Origin: Octopus vulgaris
Taxonomy: Eukaryota
Direction: 5' to 3'
Length of the DNA stretch: 64,000 nt
NCBI GenBank assembly: GCA_951406725.2
Contig: OX597819.1
Location: 10,912,001-10,976,000 of the forward strand
The notes below the pieces were generated by a model. The model did not search any database and was not told where the DNA came from. It worked only from the letters and a program-made list of their open reading frames with translations. Each line of letters opens with the position of its first letter. The first letter of the stretch is position 1. The position numbers and the translations under genes were made by a program. Of this stretch, positions 13,455-27,379 are shown piece by piece.

Positions 13455-13875
13455 TAGGCGCAGGAGTGGCTGTGTGGTAAGTAGCTTGTTTACCAACCAC
13501 ATGGTTCTGGGTTCAGTCCCATTGCGTGGTACCTTGGGCAAGTGTCTTCTACTATAGCCTCGGGCCGACCAAAGCCTTGTGAGTTGATTTGGTAGACGGA
13601 AACTGAAAGAAGCCTGTCGTATATATGTATATATATGTATGTGCATGTATATTTGTGTGTCTGTGTTTGTCCCCCTAGCATTGCTTGACAACCGATGCTG
13701 GTGTGTTTATGTCCCCGTCACTTAGCAGTTCGGCAAAAGAGACCGATAGAATAAGTACTGGGCTTACAAAGAATAAGTCCCGGGGTCGAGTTGCTCTATT
13801 AAAGGCGGTGCTCCAGCATGGCCACAGTCAAAATGACTGAAACAAGTAAAAAGAAAAAAAAAGAAAAAGAAAGAA
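13076..13875 (+). mobile_element. Two tandem SINE family A copies (13076-13410 partial, 13457-13875 full)
   Basis: Sequence match to family A. Confidence 0.88.
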
Positions 13876-14139
13876 TATATATATGTATGTATGTATGCAT
13901 GTGTGTGTGTATATATATATACACACACACACACATACACACACACACCAACTCAATGTTACAGTAAGCAAACTGACTCAGATTGAAAATACAAGTCAAA
14001 AAGAATTGGTCAAGGCAATAAACTACAAACCAAAACTCATAGACACACACAATGCAATCATTCTGCTACTCATAACACAAATAACAAAATAAATTGTTCC
14101 AACCCTGTATGACACACCAGAACAAATAAGCCAAACAGC

Positions 14140-14300
14140 AAATATGAAAATCCAGATGTCCCTGGTGCAACCCAATTCATGGTTCACATATTTCAATGAA
14201 GGGAAGTTTTTGCCACTTTAGAAAAATGTTTCCCAAGATCAAATAGATACCATACTATTTTTAATGGACACACAGTGAAGCTATCATGCTAACTCCATTA
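14140..14300 (+). mobile_element. Decayed PLE fragment
   Basis: Frame KCFPRSNRYHTIFNGHTVKLSC resembles the linker seen in the 36400-37800 PLE. Confidence 0.45.
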
Positions 14301-14317
14301 ATTTAGACCAGCATATG

Positions 14318-14704
14318 GATGGATGGAAGCACTCCGTCGGTTACGACGACAAGGGTTCCGGTTGATCTGATCAACGGAACAGCCTGCTCGTGAAATTAAC
14401 GTGTAAGTGGCTGAGCATTCCACAGACACGTGTACCCTTAACGTAATTCTCAGGGATATTCAGCGTGACACAGAGAGTGACAAGGCCGGCCCTTTGAAAT
14501 ATAGGTACAACAGAAACAGGAAGTAAGAGTGAGAGAAAGTTGTGGTGAAAGAGTACAGCAGGGATCACCACCATCCCTGCCAGAGCCTCGTGGAGCTTTA
14601 GGTGCTTTCGCTCAATAAACACTCACAACGCCCGGTCTAGGAATTGAAACCGCGATCCTACGACCGCGAGTCCGCTGCCCTAACTACTGGGCCATTGCGC
14701 CTCC
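14318..14704 (-). mobile_element. SINE family C
   Basis: Full copy; 11-bp TSD ACCAGCATATG at 14307-14317 and 14705-14715. Confidence 0.92.
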
Positions 14705-15088
14705 ACCAGCATATGCGCTGCATTAATAACAGTAAAATGAGCAGACTTTGCTGCTTGGAGCTATTTGAAATTTTAAGGAGATCTAATTGGGAAAATCTAC
14801 TAAATAATAAACTAGACCTTCATCTTCCCTGTATACATAAAGCTATCCATATGTTCAAATACTTTAAGGACAGTAGACAACCTCTATAATAGCCCCCAAC
14901 CTAGGTTCAATCCAATTTACTCCCTCTTTCACTGATGCTTAGCCTATCGATCTACCCATTCGTTTCTGAGCCCTCCTAGTCTCATTTTCCCCTTACCAAT
15001 AACTTCTCCACTCTTACTATACTTGCTTAGTATGCTACATTGAAGGAACTAACCATTCTATCAGTGATGTACCCGGTATTATGCTATA

Positions 15089-15321
15089 CCTATTTCTTTA
15101 CTACCCACAAGGGGCTAAACATAGAGGGGACAAACAAGGACAGACATAGGTATTAAGTCAATTACATCGACCCCAGTGCGTAACTGGTGCTTAATTTATC
15201 GACCTCGAAAGGATGAAAGGGAAAGTCGACCTTGGCGGAATTTGAACTCAGAATGTAACGGCAGATGAAATACCACTAAGCATTTCGCCCGGTGTGCTAA
15301 CATTTCTGCCAGCTCTCCGCC
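15089..15321 (-). mobile_element. SINE family D (Deu/Nin-domain-like)
   Basis: Reverse complement contains GGTCGACTTTCCCTTTCATCCTTTCGAGGTCGATAAATTAAG resembling the Deu domain; three more clear copies. Confidence 0.85.
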
Positions 15322-16844
15322 ATACCAATGACAGTGATACTTATCTTCTATTAGCTGCCTGCGCACCCTAGACGGTTCATTTCCATTTCTACTACTTTAA
15401 GTACTCCTTACACCGACATACAGTTTTGAGCAGTGCTTGTTATATAGTATATAGAACACACTATCCAAACCTTGTACCCATGACTATTGTCTTGAGTTGC
15501 TTCATCTGATTCACACAAAAATGATTATACCATCCGGCGATTAGTCTTATATAATGATGTGATGTTCTCATTCTTCTATTAAAAATAAAGTGAGAAACAT
15601 CTGTAATGGGTTGACAATTATCAATCATATGTTATTATTCCTTTGATATATATATATATATAGATAGATATATGCACATTATGTATATACACACACACAT
15701 ATATAATGCATCTATATGTTTTACAGTAGCCATTCCCCAACTCCCTGGATCACAAAATTATCATTATATACATACATACACATACATATATATACATATA
15801 TATATATATATATGACCATAGCCTTAGGGCTGAAACATACTAAAGGATAAAAGAATATATATATATATAAATATACAAAGTGAGATAGGGGTTATGAGTG
15901 TAACCCACTATGGGATATCAGTTATCCAATATATTACCTCAATACATATGACTAATATAGGTACAATAAGATATCTTTACCTACAGGCTGAAACAGCTGT
16001 AAGATCTATTTTATGTGTATTATTATCTTACATATTGATGTATATTGTTTTGTTTTGTTGGATTTGGATGTTCCTATTTATGTAGTTAATAAATAATATG
16101 AAATGGTAATATCTGTAAGTCGATGATTGAAATGAATCTGTTTTAATTTGATTTGGCTTACAAAGAATAAGTCCCGGGGTCGAGTTGCTCAATTAAAGGC
16201 GGTGCTCCAGCATGGCCGCAGTCAAATGACTGAAACAAGTAAAAGAGTAAAAGAGTAAAAGAGTATATACATACACATACATACATACTATACACACACA
16301 AACACACACACACACACACACATACACACACATACACATAATAAGTAACGGCTAAAATGAAAATGTAAACAACGTTTAACATCATGTCTTTGTAAATGGC
16401 AATTAGGGAAATGAATAAAAGAAGGACACTGGCTGAAACTGAACCGCATAACTCTCAGTCACTACTAACTACTCTTTACTGACAATGAATGTTCCTTTCT
16501 ATATCAAATTACTTAGAAAAAAGTCTATCAATATTTTACCAACCATTTGTCTCTCCAATACTCATGCATGCTTCATCGGAGTTGGCCAGTAACACAGTTG
16601 TGCCTACGCACACACACACACTTAAGTAAAACATTTAACAAAACACACAGTGAACAGATTACTGAGGACAATGATAGGTGTGATGCATATGTAAATATAT
16701 GTGTTTGTGTATGGACTGTGTGTCTTTGAGTGTAGTGTGATGTTATGTGCTGTGTATCTGATATGAGTGCATGTAAAACATATTGAGATATACAAAGATG
16801 AGAAATTAAGGCCCACATAACCTGTGTGCATGCTAGATTGTCTA

Positions 16845-16960
16845 TGTATATACATCAATGTGTATACATCAATGTATATACATCAATGTGTATCCACATT
16901 TATAGTATGTTGTGTGTGTGTGTGTTTGTGTGTGTGTGTGAGTGTGACTGCTGTGTGTGC

Positions 16961-17009
<49 letters not shown>

Positions 17010-17060
17010 TATGTGTGTGTGTGTGTGTGTGTGAGTGTGACTGCTGTGTGTGCATATATG

Positions 17061-17118
<58 letters not shown>

Positions 17119-17257
17119 CATGTATATACATATAAAGTATATATATATGTGAGTATGCATGCATATATTACATATATGTATATATGTGTGCATATATATT
17201 TATTATTTCTCTCTTTCTCTCCCTCTATGTGTATATGAGTGTAGGTGTGGGTGTGTG

Positions 17258-17325
<68 letters not shown>

Positions 17326-17658
17326 GTATGTATGCACATTTATAGTATGTTGTGTGTGTGTGTGTTTGTGTGTGTTTGTGAGTGTGACTGCTGTGTGTGC
17401 ATATATGTATATATATATATGTGTGTGTGTGTGTGTGCATACATGTATATACATACAAAGTATATATATATATATATGTGTGTGTATGCATGCATATATT
17501 ACATATATGTATATATGTGTGTATATATATTTATCATTTCTCTCTTTCTCTCCCTCTATGTGTATATGAGTGTAGGTGTGGGTGTGTGGTATGTGTGTGT
17601 ATGTGTGTGTGTGTGTTTGTGTTTGTGTGTGAGTGTGACTGCTGTGTGTGCATATATG

Positions 17659-17689
<31 letters not shown>

Positions 17690-17849
17690 ATACATGTATA
17701 TACATACAAAGTATATATATATATATATGTGTGTGTATGCATGCATATATTACATATATGTATATATGTGTGTATATATATTTATCATTTCTCTCTTTCT
17801 CTCCCTCTATGTGTATATGAGTGTAGGTGTGGGTGTGTGTATGTGTATG

Positions 17850-17920
<71 letters not shown>

Positions 17921-17935
17921 ACATATGTATGTATG
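16845..17935. repeat. Higher-order tandem repeat built of (GT)n/(AT)n microsatellites with recurring spacers
   Basis: GAGTGTGACTGCTGTGTGTGCAT occurs 4 times; TTTCTCTCTTTCTCTCCCTCTATGTGTATATGAGTGTAGGTGTGGG 3 times. Confidence 0.9.
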
Positions 17936-18402
17936 TGCACAGAAAGTGAGTGAGATATTCACACATATTTATAGGTGCATGTGAATGCATACCTATGCAA
18001 ATAAGCTATCTTGCTCTCATGAACATCACCAGCAGTAGTATATAATATAATATAATATAATGTAATATAATATAATATGCTGCCTTTTATTCATTTTTAG
18101 ATTCGGGTGGGATATTTTATGTTCATAGCAAGTCAAGCTCTCTCTGTTGTCTCCCACATTACCTATAATAGAACTATGCCAAGTATTAAAAGGTATAGTT
18201 GAGTGCCTACTGCTTGTTCTTTAGCTGATAACCAATGTTCGGCAATCATTTTATTCCATTATTTTTTTATTATTTGTTTTTTTTTTTAAATTTTTAGTAA
18301 TACATATTTTTCTTTTTTTTTGTGTGTGTGTTTGTTATGGATGTTTGTAGTAACCAGTAAAAATTTAGACAGAAATAGTTTGCTTCTGATGTTTTTTTAA
18401 TA

Positions 18403-19033
<631 letters not shown>

Positions 19034-19326
19034 AAAATAAAGATAAAAAGAGGTTATTGTCCGTTTGTTTTCTCTCTTACTTTCTTTTTCCCTCTTCCTC
19101 TTCCTCTTCCTCTGTCTTCCTCCTTTTTTCTCTGAGACTGAGCAATATTTCAGGAACAAACATAAATTGAAGTAATTAAACTGTCTTTCTGCGATCTGCC
19201 ATCCTGGCAAATACAGATAAAAAAAAACAAAAAACAAACAAAAGTTACACATTTATTAGAAATGAAAGCTATCCCCTTGCAATAGTGATTCTTTCAATGA
19301 TTCCTTCACATGAATGACAATGTGCT

Positions 19327-19357
<31 letters not shown>

Positions 19358-19401
19358 GCCATCATCATTGCCATCATCTTTGTTTTCAAAGTCCACTTAT
19401 A

Positions 19402-19567
19402 GGCGCAGGAGTGGCTGTGTGGTAAGTAGCTTGCTAACCAACCACATGGTTCCGGGGTTCAGTCCCACTGCGTGACATCTTGGGCAAGTGTCTTCTGCAA
19501 TAGCCCCGGGCCGACCAATGCCTTGTGAGTGGATTTGGTAGACGGAAACTGAAAGAAGCCTGTCGTA

Positions 19568-19620
<53 letters not shown>

Positions 19621-19843
19621 ATATGTTTGTGTGTCTGTGCTTGTCCGCCTTGCATTGCTTGACAACCGATGCTGGTGTGTTTACGTCCCCGTCACTTAGC
19701 GGTTTGGCCAAAGAGACCGATAGAATAAGTAGTGGGCTTACAAAGAATAAGTCCCGGGGTCGATTTGCTCGACTAGAGGCGGTGCTCCAGCATGGCCGCA
19801 GTCAAATGACTGAAACAAGGAAAAGAGTAAAGAGTAAAAAGAG
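19402..19843 (+). mobile_element. SINE family A
   Basis: Full head-to-tail copy. Confidence 0.9.
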
Positions 19844-20233
19844 AGTTCTGTATGCTTGGATAAGTCAACCAAAGTTTGTTGAAGTAGATATTTTACTGAG
19901 GGATACCTTCCTGTTTCCAATCTTTACTTGTTTCCAACTCAGTTAATATTACCTACTGTACTTTGAACACAAACTGCACAAGGGTTGGACATGCTTTCAT
20001 AGAAAAGTGGAAATGAATGATAACTCCTGTGTATCTGGAGTTTTTGCTTACATTTAGCACACAATTTTAACACACACACACACACACCATCTGTATCAAT
20101 CAGACAATCAGATGTTATACATCACTGGTCACAATGTACTTCCAATGCTTTCCATATTGCACCAAATTATTTTACTAAATTGTCTTCCCATAATGGAAAT
20201 TTTTCCATTAGCTTTTCCAATCTCTTGAATACC

Positions 20234-20466
20234 TATTTTTTTACTACCCACAAGGGGCTAAACACAGAAAGGATAAACAAGGACAGACAAACGGATTTAG
20301 TTAATTATATCGACCCCAGTGCGTAACTGGTACTTATTTAATCGACCCCGAAAGGATGAAAGGCAAAGTCGACCTTTGCGGAATTTGAACCCAGAACGTA
20401 ACGGCAGACGAAATACCACTAAGCATTTCGCCTGGCATGCTAACAATTCTGCCAGCTCACTGCCTT
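20234..20466 (-). mobile_element. SINE family D
   Basis: Full copy; 15-bp TSD AATCT(C/A)TTGAATACC. Confidence 0.88.
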
Positions 20467-20699
20467 AATCTATTGAATACCAGTTGTTGGTTTTTAGTCT
20501 TGTAACATGTCCATCACAGTGGAACTTATGCCTTTAGTATTCTGCAGTCATGTTGTCCATTCTACTCCATTCTCAAATCACCTTATTTTGGATATGCTCT
20601 TACAATCATATTCCTAGCAAAGATCTTTCCCAGGCCCTTTGTGCCTTAGTCAATCAATATTTTTCCATCTTCATTGAAGCTCCCATCAAACTTGCATAT

Positions 20700-21476
20700 A
20701 AGAGTGCAGGTAGGACTATTGAAGAGACTGGCATATAATGTCTTGTCCTAGTGAGAATTGTAAGCTCACAAGAGCCTTATGGAAGGGTATCAGAGGTGAT
20801 GAAAGAAATGCTAGAGAAATGGAAACTATGAAGAGGATCTTGAAACATCATCTCAAGTATTCTGTTCTCTGCAAAACAATAAGACAACATCTGGAAAATG
20901 ACTTTGGGAATCATTGACTGAAGAAGCTGATGCTTGCTGAAGAAGGGAGGAAAAGTCTAAAAGGTGCGAGAGAGAGAGAGAGAGAGATGGTACTGTATAG
21001 ATCAGAGGTGACAGTGCTTAAAGACAGGCTCATGATGACAAAGGGAAGATGGTAGGGGCATGCAAATCCTTCTATACCAACCTTTTAAAATCATCAGTGA
21101 AGCTTGTTCCTCTACTGTCACAAGTGTTGGAAGAAGTGCCATCTATTCTGGTCAGTAAAACTAAAAATGCCCTCAACCCTCAAGCTCGAACTAATTATAA
21201 CTACTCAGGAACAAGCCATTAGAATGAATCTGATCAGAATGAATAGAAAGGGTGACAAAACCCAGTCACAGAGCAATTTCAGAATTAGTGGGAAAGGAGA
21301 TGAAAGTATTAACCATCTCTTGAGTGAATGCCATAAGTGGGCACAAAAAGAGTATAAGTGCAAGCATGGCTATGAATGTAAAAGAGTGCATTGGGATGTT
21401 AGCCAAGTATATGGCTTTGAAATAACAGAAAAGTGGTATGAACACAAACCAGAAGCTGTGATAGAGAAAGAGAGAG
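20700..21476 (+). mobile_element. Decayed R4/Dong-like retrotransposon C-terminal fragment
   Basis: ORF 21104-21529 has QEQAIR..ESINHLLSEC..WAQKEY..VHW..EKWYEHKPEAVIE, the degenerate CCHC knuckle region of R4-clade elements. Confidence 0.8.
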
Positions 21477-21887
21477 TACCAAACTCATTTCCTATGGATA
21501 CCGTATTTATTACAACGAGTGGCTTGTAAACGTATCTAACTCGCTTTCGCTCGTTAGATACGTTTACAAGCCACGAGTTGTAATAAATACGGTATCCATA
21601 GGAAATGAGTTTGGTATTTTATTTATTACACACGAATAAACGACCATATTTTATTAACCCAATAACTAAATTCTTCACGTTCAGTTGTAACTTATGAATG
21701 ACAAAAGTAGTGCCGTCACCGTGACCTGGGGTCATCACCATGAATTGACCAATCAGAAGCAGCGCTGTCACCGTGACCTCGGGTCATCACCATGGATTGA
21801 CCAATCAGAAGCAGCACTCGCAGTATCTGACATATGTTAGATACCAAAAATATCTCAAAGTGTTCTCACTCACATGTGTGTAATAAT
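21477..21887. mobile_element. Palindromic non-autonomous element (64-bp-arm hairpin plus 51-bp tandem duplication with CCAAT motifs)
   Basis: Arms 21477-21540 and 21553-21616; GTCACCGTGACCT..TTGACCAATCAGAAGCAGC twice; CpG-rich relative to flanks. Confidence 0.75.
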
Positions 21888-22127
21888 AAGAATTACTCAG
21901 AGGGTAATCCCATGGTCATTCATGACCGAAGGAAATCTTTACTTTTTATCCATCTATTATTTTGACAAGGCTTGCACCATAAGATTCAACTTATAGAGCT
22001 CTTTCATTTGAGCACAACTATTGTATAGTTGAAATATTTTGATTCAAAGTCAATTTTTATGGTTACTTACCATTTTTGCTTCACTTGAAACACACTACTT
22101 TTTCCATGGCAAATACTCTTTTAACAA

Positions 22128-22514
22128 GTGGAGGCGCAATGGCCCAGTGGTTAGGGCAGCGGACTCGCGGTCATAGGATCGCGGTTTCGATTCCCAGACC
22201 GGGCGTTGTGCGTGTTTATTGAGCGAAAGCACCTAAAGCTCCATGAGGCTCCGGCAGGGATGGTGGTGATCCCTGCTGTACTCTTTCACCACAACTTTCT
22301 CTCACTCTTACTTCCTGTTTCTGTTGTACCTGTATTTCAAAGGGCCGGCCTTGTCACTCTCTGTGTCACGCTGAATATCCCCGAGAACTACATTAAGGGT
22401 ACATATGTCTGTGGAGTGCTCAGCCAGTTACACGTTAATTTCATGAGCAGGCTGTTCCGTTGATCGGATCAACCGGAACTCTCGTCGTCGTAACCGACGG
22501 AGTGCTTCCACTCC
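22128..22514 (+). mobile_element. SINE family C
   Basis: Full copy; 13-bp TSD ACTCTTTTAACAA. Confidence 0.92.
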
Positions 22515-23260
22515 ACTCTTTTAACAAAATTTTCACCAAAAGATTCTTCTCAATTAATTTATACTTTTCTTTTAAAATGACTGAAATATTTTGATTCCAA
22601 GTCAAGTTTTTGCCTTACTCTCCCAGTTTTGACATTACATATTTTGACCAATCTTTTTAATGAATTTCAACTATTTTATCTCAAAATGTAGGTTAAGACT
22701 GGACCATCATTGCTAAAAAAATGCATTCTGTTTGGTCGAGAACTGAATAGTGATGAAGCCTAAAAGTGAGTAACTAAAAGTTGGCCTTAAGAATATATCC
22801 ATCCACTACTGTAAGCATACTGTAAGCAAATGTCATATGTGCATTGTTAAAGTATTAGGGATCTTGCCATTCCTGATTATCCCCCCAGAGGCACCTCATG
22901 TGAGTATTTGGCTAATGAAATACTCATGGGGGAGTACTTACAGTACATCTCATTAATCAATCAGTTAATGAATCATTAATTAATAATTATGCACACTATA
23001 AACCCAAGGATTGTATAACAACTAATTCTACTACATTTATTACAGAGTAAATAATAATAAATGAATAAGGGGTGGAGACAGTTTCTGTTATCGGATGATC
23101 ATTATTTCCATGAACATGGTTATTTATTGATTACTCATATGTGACATGTGTAGAGACTGTGTAATGCTGCATAATTATGATACAAAATATCCATTTTATT
23201 TCGTTAGACAACCAATCTGATTGGTTGTAACTCACATTGTATGAGAGAACAAAGAGCAAT

Positions 23261-23627
23261 GCAAGTCGGATGTAGAGGGTTTATTGGACACAGCGTGAGA
23301 CAACTGTTGTTATCGATAGGCTTAACTCACTGTAAAGTCAATACCACCATGACTGATATCCAATCTACAGTGGAGAAGGCTAGCCACTGGATTTGGTTAA
23401 AAAGAGACGATGAGCGATGGCTAGAAGTATATTGAGTTCTTCATAACCAGCTGATCTAGCAAGCGGGGCCTCATATCAGTGAGGGGGCCGGTGCGCATTG
23501 ATGCCATCGAGAGGTAGGCCCCGAAACAGCACGCATTCTCTCCTGATGACCCCATACACTTGCTAGCTTCCGGTATACGGAGCTTTTAACTGGTAGCACT
23601 TGCATGTGCAAGTTGTTTGCAAGACAT
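23261..23627 (+). mobile_element. 5'-truncated HERO-like RLE retrotransposon (C-terminus plus 3' UTR)
   Basis: VGCRGFIGHSVRQLL..VEKASHWIWLKR; 11-bp TSD CAAAGAGCAAT at 23250-23260 and 23628-23638. Confidence 0.8.
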
Positions 23628-25012
23628 CAAAGAGCAATAAAAATAAGAATGGTAAAACTTTGGTGGAGAACAAAGGTAAATGGAACACTTTCAAGAAACA
23701 CTTGACCTACCATCTCAACTACTCAATTTGATTTCATCTAGGACACAGCAACTACTCTCTTGAAGTCTGTGACGGCCAAATTGAGGAAGAAGAAATGTGA
23801 GATATTATGAAGTCCGCGAAGAACATCTAGGCTACAAGACAGGACAAAATCCCAGCAGAATAGTGAAATAAGGTGGTAGCAGCATTGTAACAGCATTGAC
23901 AAAAATTAATCATTGTTGGTCAGGAAAGCAGGTCTCTCAAGATTGGCAGCAAGGGGTGATTGTGAAATTGCTAAGGAAGTGAAACCTGACAGAATGTAAT
24001 AACTGGAGAGGTATCACACTGCTGTCAGTCCTGGCTAAGATGCTTTGCACAGTGCTACTGATAAGACTTTGTCAAACAATGGATTCTATTCTGCATGAAG
24101 AATAGTTGCTTTCAAAGTAATTGGTCATGCATAGACCAAAACTTCACTGTATGGAGCATCATTAAGAAGCAGTGTGAATACTAGACGCCACTAGTGGTCG
24201 TCTTCATCAACTTCCTGTACATAGAGAATCCTTCTGGTTCATTGTCATGTCATTGGGCATCCCACTGTGTTTTGTCAACATCTTCAAAATATTGAACAAC
24301 AACTCAAGATACTGTAGAAGAAATGCATGTGGAGTGACAGAGTTCATCAGCATTGGCCAACAGAGTCAGGCAAGCTTGTCTCTTGTTTCTTCTACTGTTT
24401 TTTGTTGTCTGCCAACTTGGTCTGAGAAAGACAGTGAGTTGACCCAAATATGTATGGGATCCTGTAAAGAGGGTTGGCAATGCTGAAAGACCACAATTTT
24501 CCAGATGATATTGCAGTGATAGAAGAAAATAGAGCAGATCTGCAAGAGTGGACAACATTACTGCAAGAAAATGGGGTGAAGATTGAGTTAACAATCAGAG
24601 GTGATGAAAGAAATGCTAGAGAAATAGAAACTATGAAGAGGATTTTGAAACATCGTCTCAAGTATTCTGTTCTCTGCAAAACAATAAGACAACATCTGGA
24701 AAATGACTTTGGGAATCATTGACTGAAGAAGCTTATGCTTGCTGCAGAAGGGAGGAAAAGTCTAAAAGGTGATGAAAGTGATGAAAGTGATGAAGTGGGC
24801 AATACCATGGGCTAAGAAGTAGCTATCGAGGTCAACCAGTACAAGATAGAAGAAGTGAATCAATTCCCCTGTCCAGGCAGCTGTAAGCAGCAATGGTGAT
24901 GTGGAACTGGAAATAGACTGCAGGATTGAAAAGGCAGCAATAGTATTCCAGAGTATGTGTTCCATCTGGATTGCCTCGGGCATCAGGGCTAATGTAAAAT
25001 TTCACCTATATA

Positions 25013-25428
25013 GGCGCAGGAGTGGCTGTGTGGTAAGTAGCTTGCTAACCAACCACATGGTTCCGGGTTCAGTCCCACTGCGTGGCATCTTGGGCAAGTG
25101 TCTTCTGCTATAGTCCCGGGCCGACCAATGCCTTGTGAGTGGATTTGGTAGACGGAAACTGAAAGAAGCCTGTCGTATATATGTATATATATATAAGTGT
25201 GTGTTTATATGTTTGTGTGTCTGTGTTTGTCCCCCTAGCATTGCTTGACAACCGATGCTGGTGTGTTTACATCCCCGTCACTTAGCGGTTCGGCAAAAGA
25301 GACCGATAGAATAAGTACTGGGCTTACAAAGAATAAGTCTCGGGGTTGATTTGCTCGACTAAAGGCGGTGCTCCAGCATGGCCGCAGTCAAATGACTAAA
25401 ACAAGTAAAAGAGTAAAGAGTAAAGAGT
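25013..25428 (+). mobile_element. SINE family A
   Basis: Full copy inside the RTE remnant; TATATA on both sides. Confidence 0.9.
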
Positions 25429-25692
25429 ATATAACTCCATCATTCTGCCTATGCAATCTATGCCAACAAAACTTGGAAGATCGCAGTAAGGACAGATAGA
25501 AAATTAAATGTATTTCATCAAAGGTGACCCAGAAATATCTTGAGGGCCAACTGGTAGGACTGTGTAACAAATGAGGAGATTTTGAGAAGAGTGGCATTAT
25601 GACCACTGCAAGAGATTGTAGCAGAGTTCCAATATTGCCTGGCTGGCCACATTCTCCATTTAGCTGATCAATAGCACTCAGTACCAGTAATA

Positions 25693-25917
25693 TTTCTTTA
25701 CTGCCCAGGAGGGGCTAAACATAGAGGGGACAAACAAGGACAGACGAAGGGATTGAGTCGATTATATCGACCCCAGTGCAAAACTGGTACTTTATTTATC
25801 GACCCCGAAAGGATGAAAGGCAAAGTTGACCTCGACGGAATTTGAACTCAGAACGTAACAACAGACGAAATACCGCTAAGCACTTCGCCTGGCACGCTAA
25901 CGTGTCTGCCAGCTCGC
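25693..25917 (-). mobile_element. SINE family D
   Basis: 16-bp TSD CTCAGTACCAGTAATA at 25677-25692 and 25918-25933. Confidence 0.9.
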
Positions 25918-26569
25918 CTCAGTACCAGTAATAACTTGGGTACCACCTGATGGCAAGTGTAAACAGGGCTGGCCAAATATTACTTAGCAGATATTTCAAG
26001 AGGAGCTTGAGACAACCATTATGTGAAGTGGATTTGCAAGAGTAGCAGCCTTTTAAACCCAGTGTAGGAAGCTTGCTGCCCAATGTGTTGGCATTGTAGG
26101 AGGAGCTAAAACTAAGTAGCTAATTGAATTGATGATAGAATATTGCTCCAGCATTACCTCAGTTATCATAGCTGGTGCAAATGAAGCTGCTTAAATCATT
26201 GACCACGAAATAATGAAGAGCAAAGTATACTTTGGTAGGATTTGAGCTTCAAGGATTTGAAGGGTGTCACTAAATTAAGTTTAACTCAGTCTTCACTATT
26301 TCTGTCAGCCATCTCATTGTCTTTAAAATACCCATGACCTTGTACATTAGCATAAGGTCACATAATGTAGCCTATCTAATCACCCTTGGTTGATAGCTAG
26401 CATTTATTTCATCAATTGGTACTTATTTAATCAACACCAATAGAATAAAAAACAAAGTTGATGTTAGCCCAAGAATACAAAATTGAATGTGATTTGTCCC
26501 AGCCAATGCCTCACTGATTCTAATACTCCAATTGTAATAATATCTTAATTTTTGACCAATAACTATGTT

Positions 26570-27235
26570 AACTTTTGCAGCAGCGATGGCTTAGAGGACG
26601 TTGATGAATAGGAAAGGACTGAAGACTGAACCTTGGTGAACACCTAATTTTTAACATTAATTTGTCACTGAAATCATTGCCAACTCACTTTTCTTACAGC
26701 ATCTTTGTACATAGGTACATAGTTTGAATCACTTACACAGGCCAATCATCAACATTTAGTTACCTCACAGCTCACCAAATTATAGAATGTGGTACCCACT
26801 TAAATGCTTTCTCCAAGTAAATGAAAGCCAAGAATAGTGATTTATTCTTAGGTATTTCTCCTGTAGTTGCATCACTAGAAAGAATGCATCTGTGCAGCAT
26901 CTTCTTAGGACAAATCCAAGCTGCATCTCATCTAGATTCATTCTATCATGGATCAACTGGGTCATTACTTTCTATGCAACCATCACAACTTGGTTTAGAA
27001 GTTTGAACCCCTTTGCCTTTGTAGCAGTTTACAACAATACTGTTATGTTAGTCATTTGGTATATCACCTTCCTGGATGACTTGAGTGGTAATCTTGTAAT
27101 CTTGGTAATATTCCTGAGATATTTTAAGTATCTCTGCAACTTTCCTCGATGGGCCTGCAACTTTTCTTTTCTTTGTATCCTTGATTACTTTACCTACCAC
27201 CCTGCTCTCATCTTGGATTACTGGTCCCTCTTCTG
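26570..27235 (-). mobile_element. Decayed RTE LINE RT fragment
   Basis: DEMQLGFVLRRCCTDAFFLVMQLQEKYL and GSVFSPFLF motifs. Confidence 0.8.
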
Positions 27236-27379
27236 GGTCATAAATGTATCTATGTATGCATGTATGCATCATTATTCAGTTTTATTTCAAGATTTCTTGC
27301 CAATAGAGAAAGAACCAGTTTCTAACCTAGATATAAGGCTCCTTCGTTGGAGTGTCAACATCAACAACAGGGTATTTTT

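Larger units (their letters stand above)
23640..26115 (+). mobile_element. Decayed RTE-clade LINE (RT region to 3' end), interrupted by SINEs
   Basis: DWQQGVIVKL..CNNWRGITLLSV, FPDDIAVI (FADD-like), EIDCRIEKA motifs with stops and frameshifts. Confidence 0.8.

Noticed and set aside
22873-22946. Hammerhead-like CTGATTA-TCCCCC...GGGGGA-GTAC
   Set aside because: Good helix II but both core halves mutated and no helix I; at most a fossil
23515-23555. CGAAAC and CTGATGA in the HERO-like 3' UTR as a hammerhead
   Set aside because: Required helix II cannot form (CCCC faces CCCC) and no suitable helix I/III
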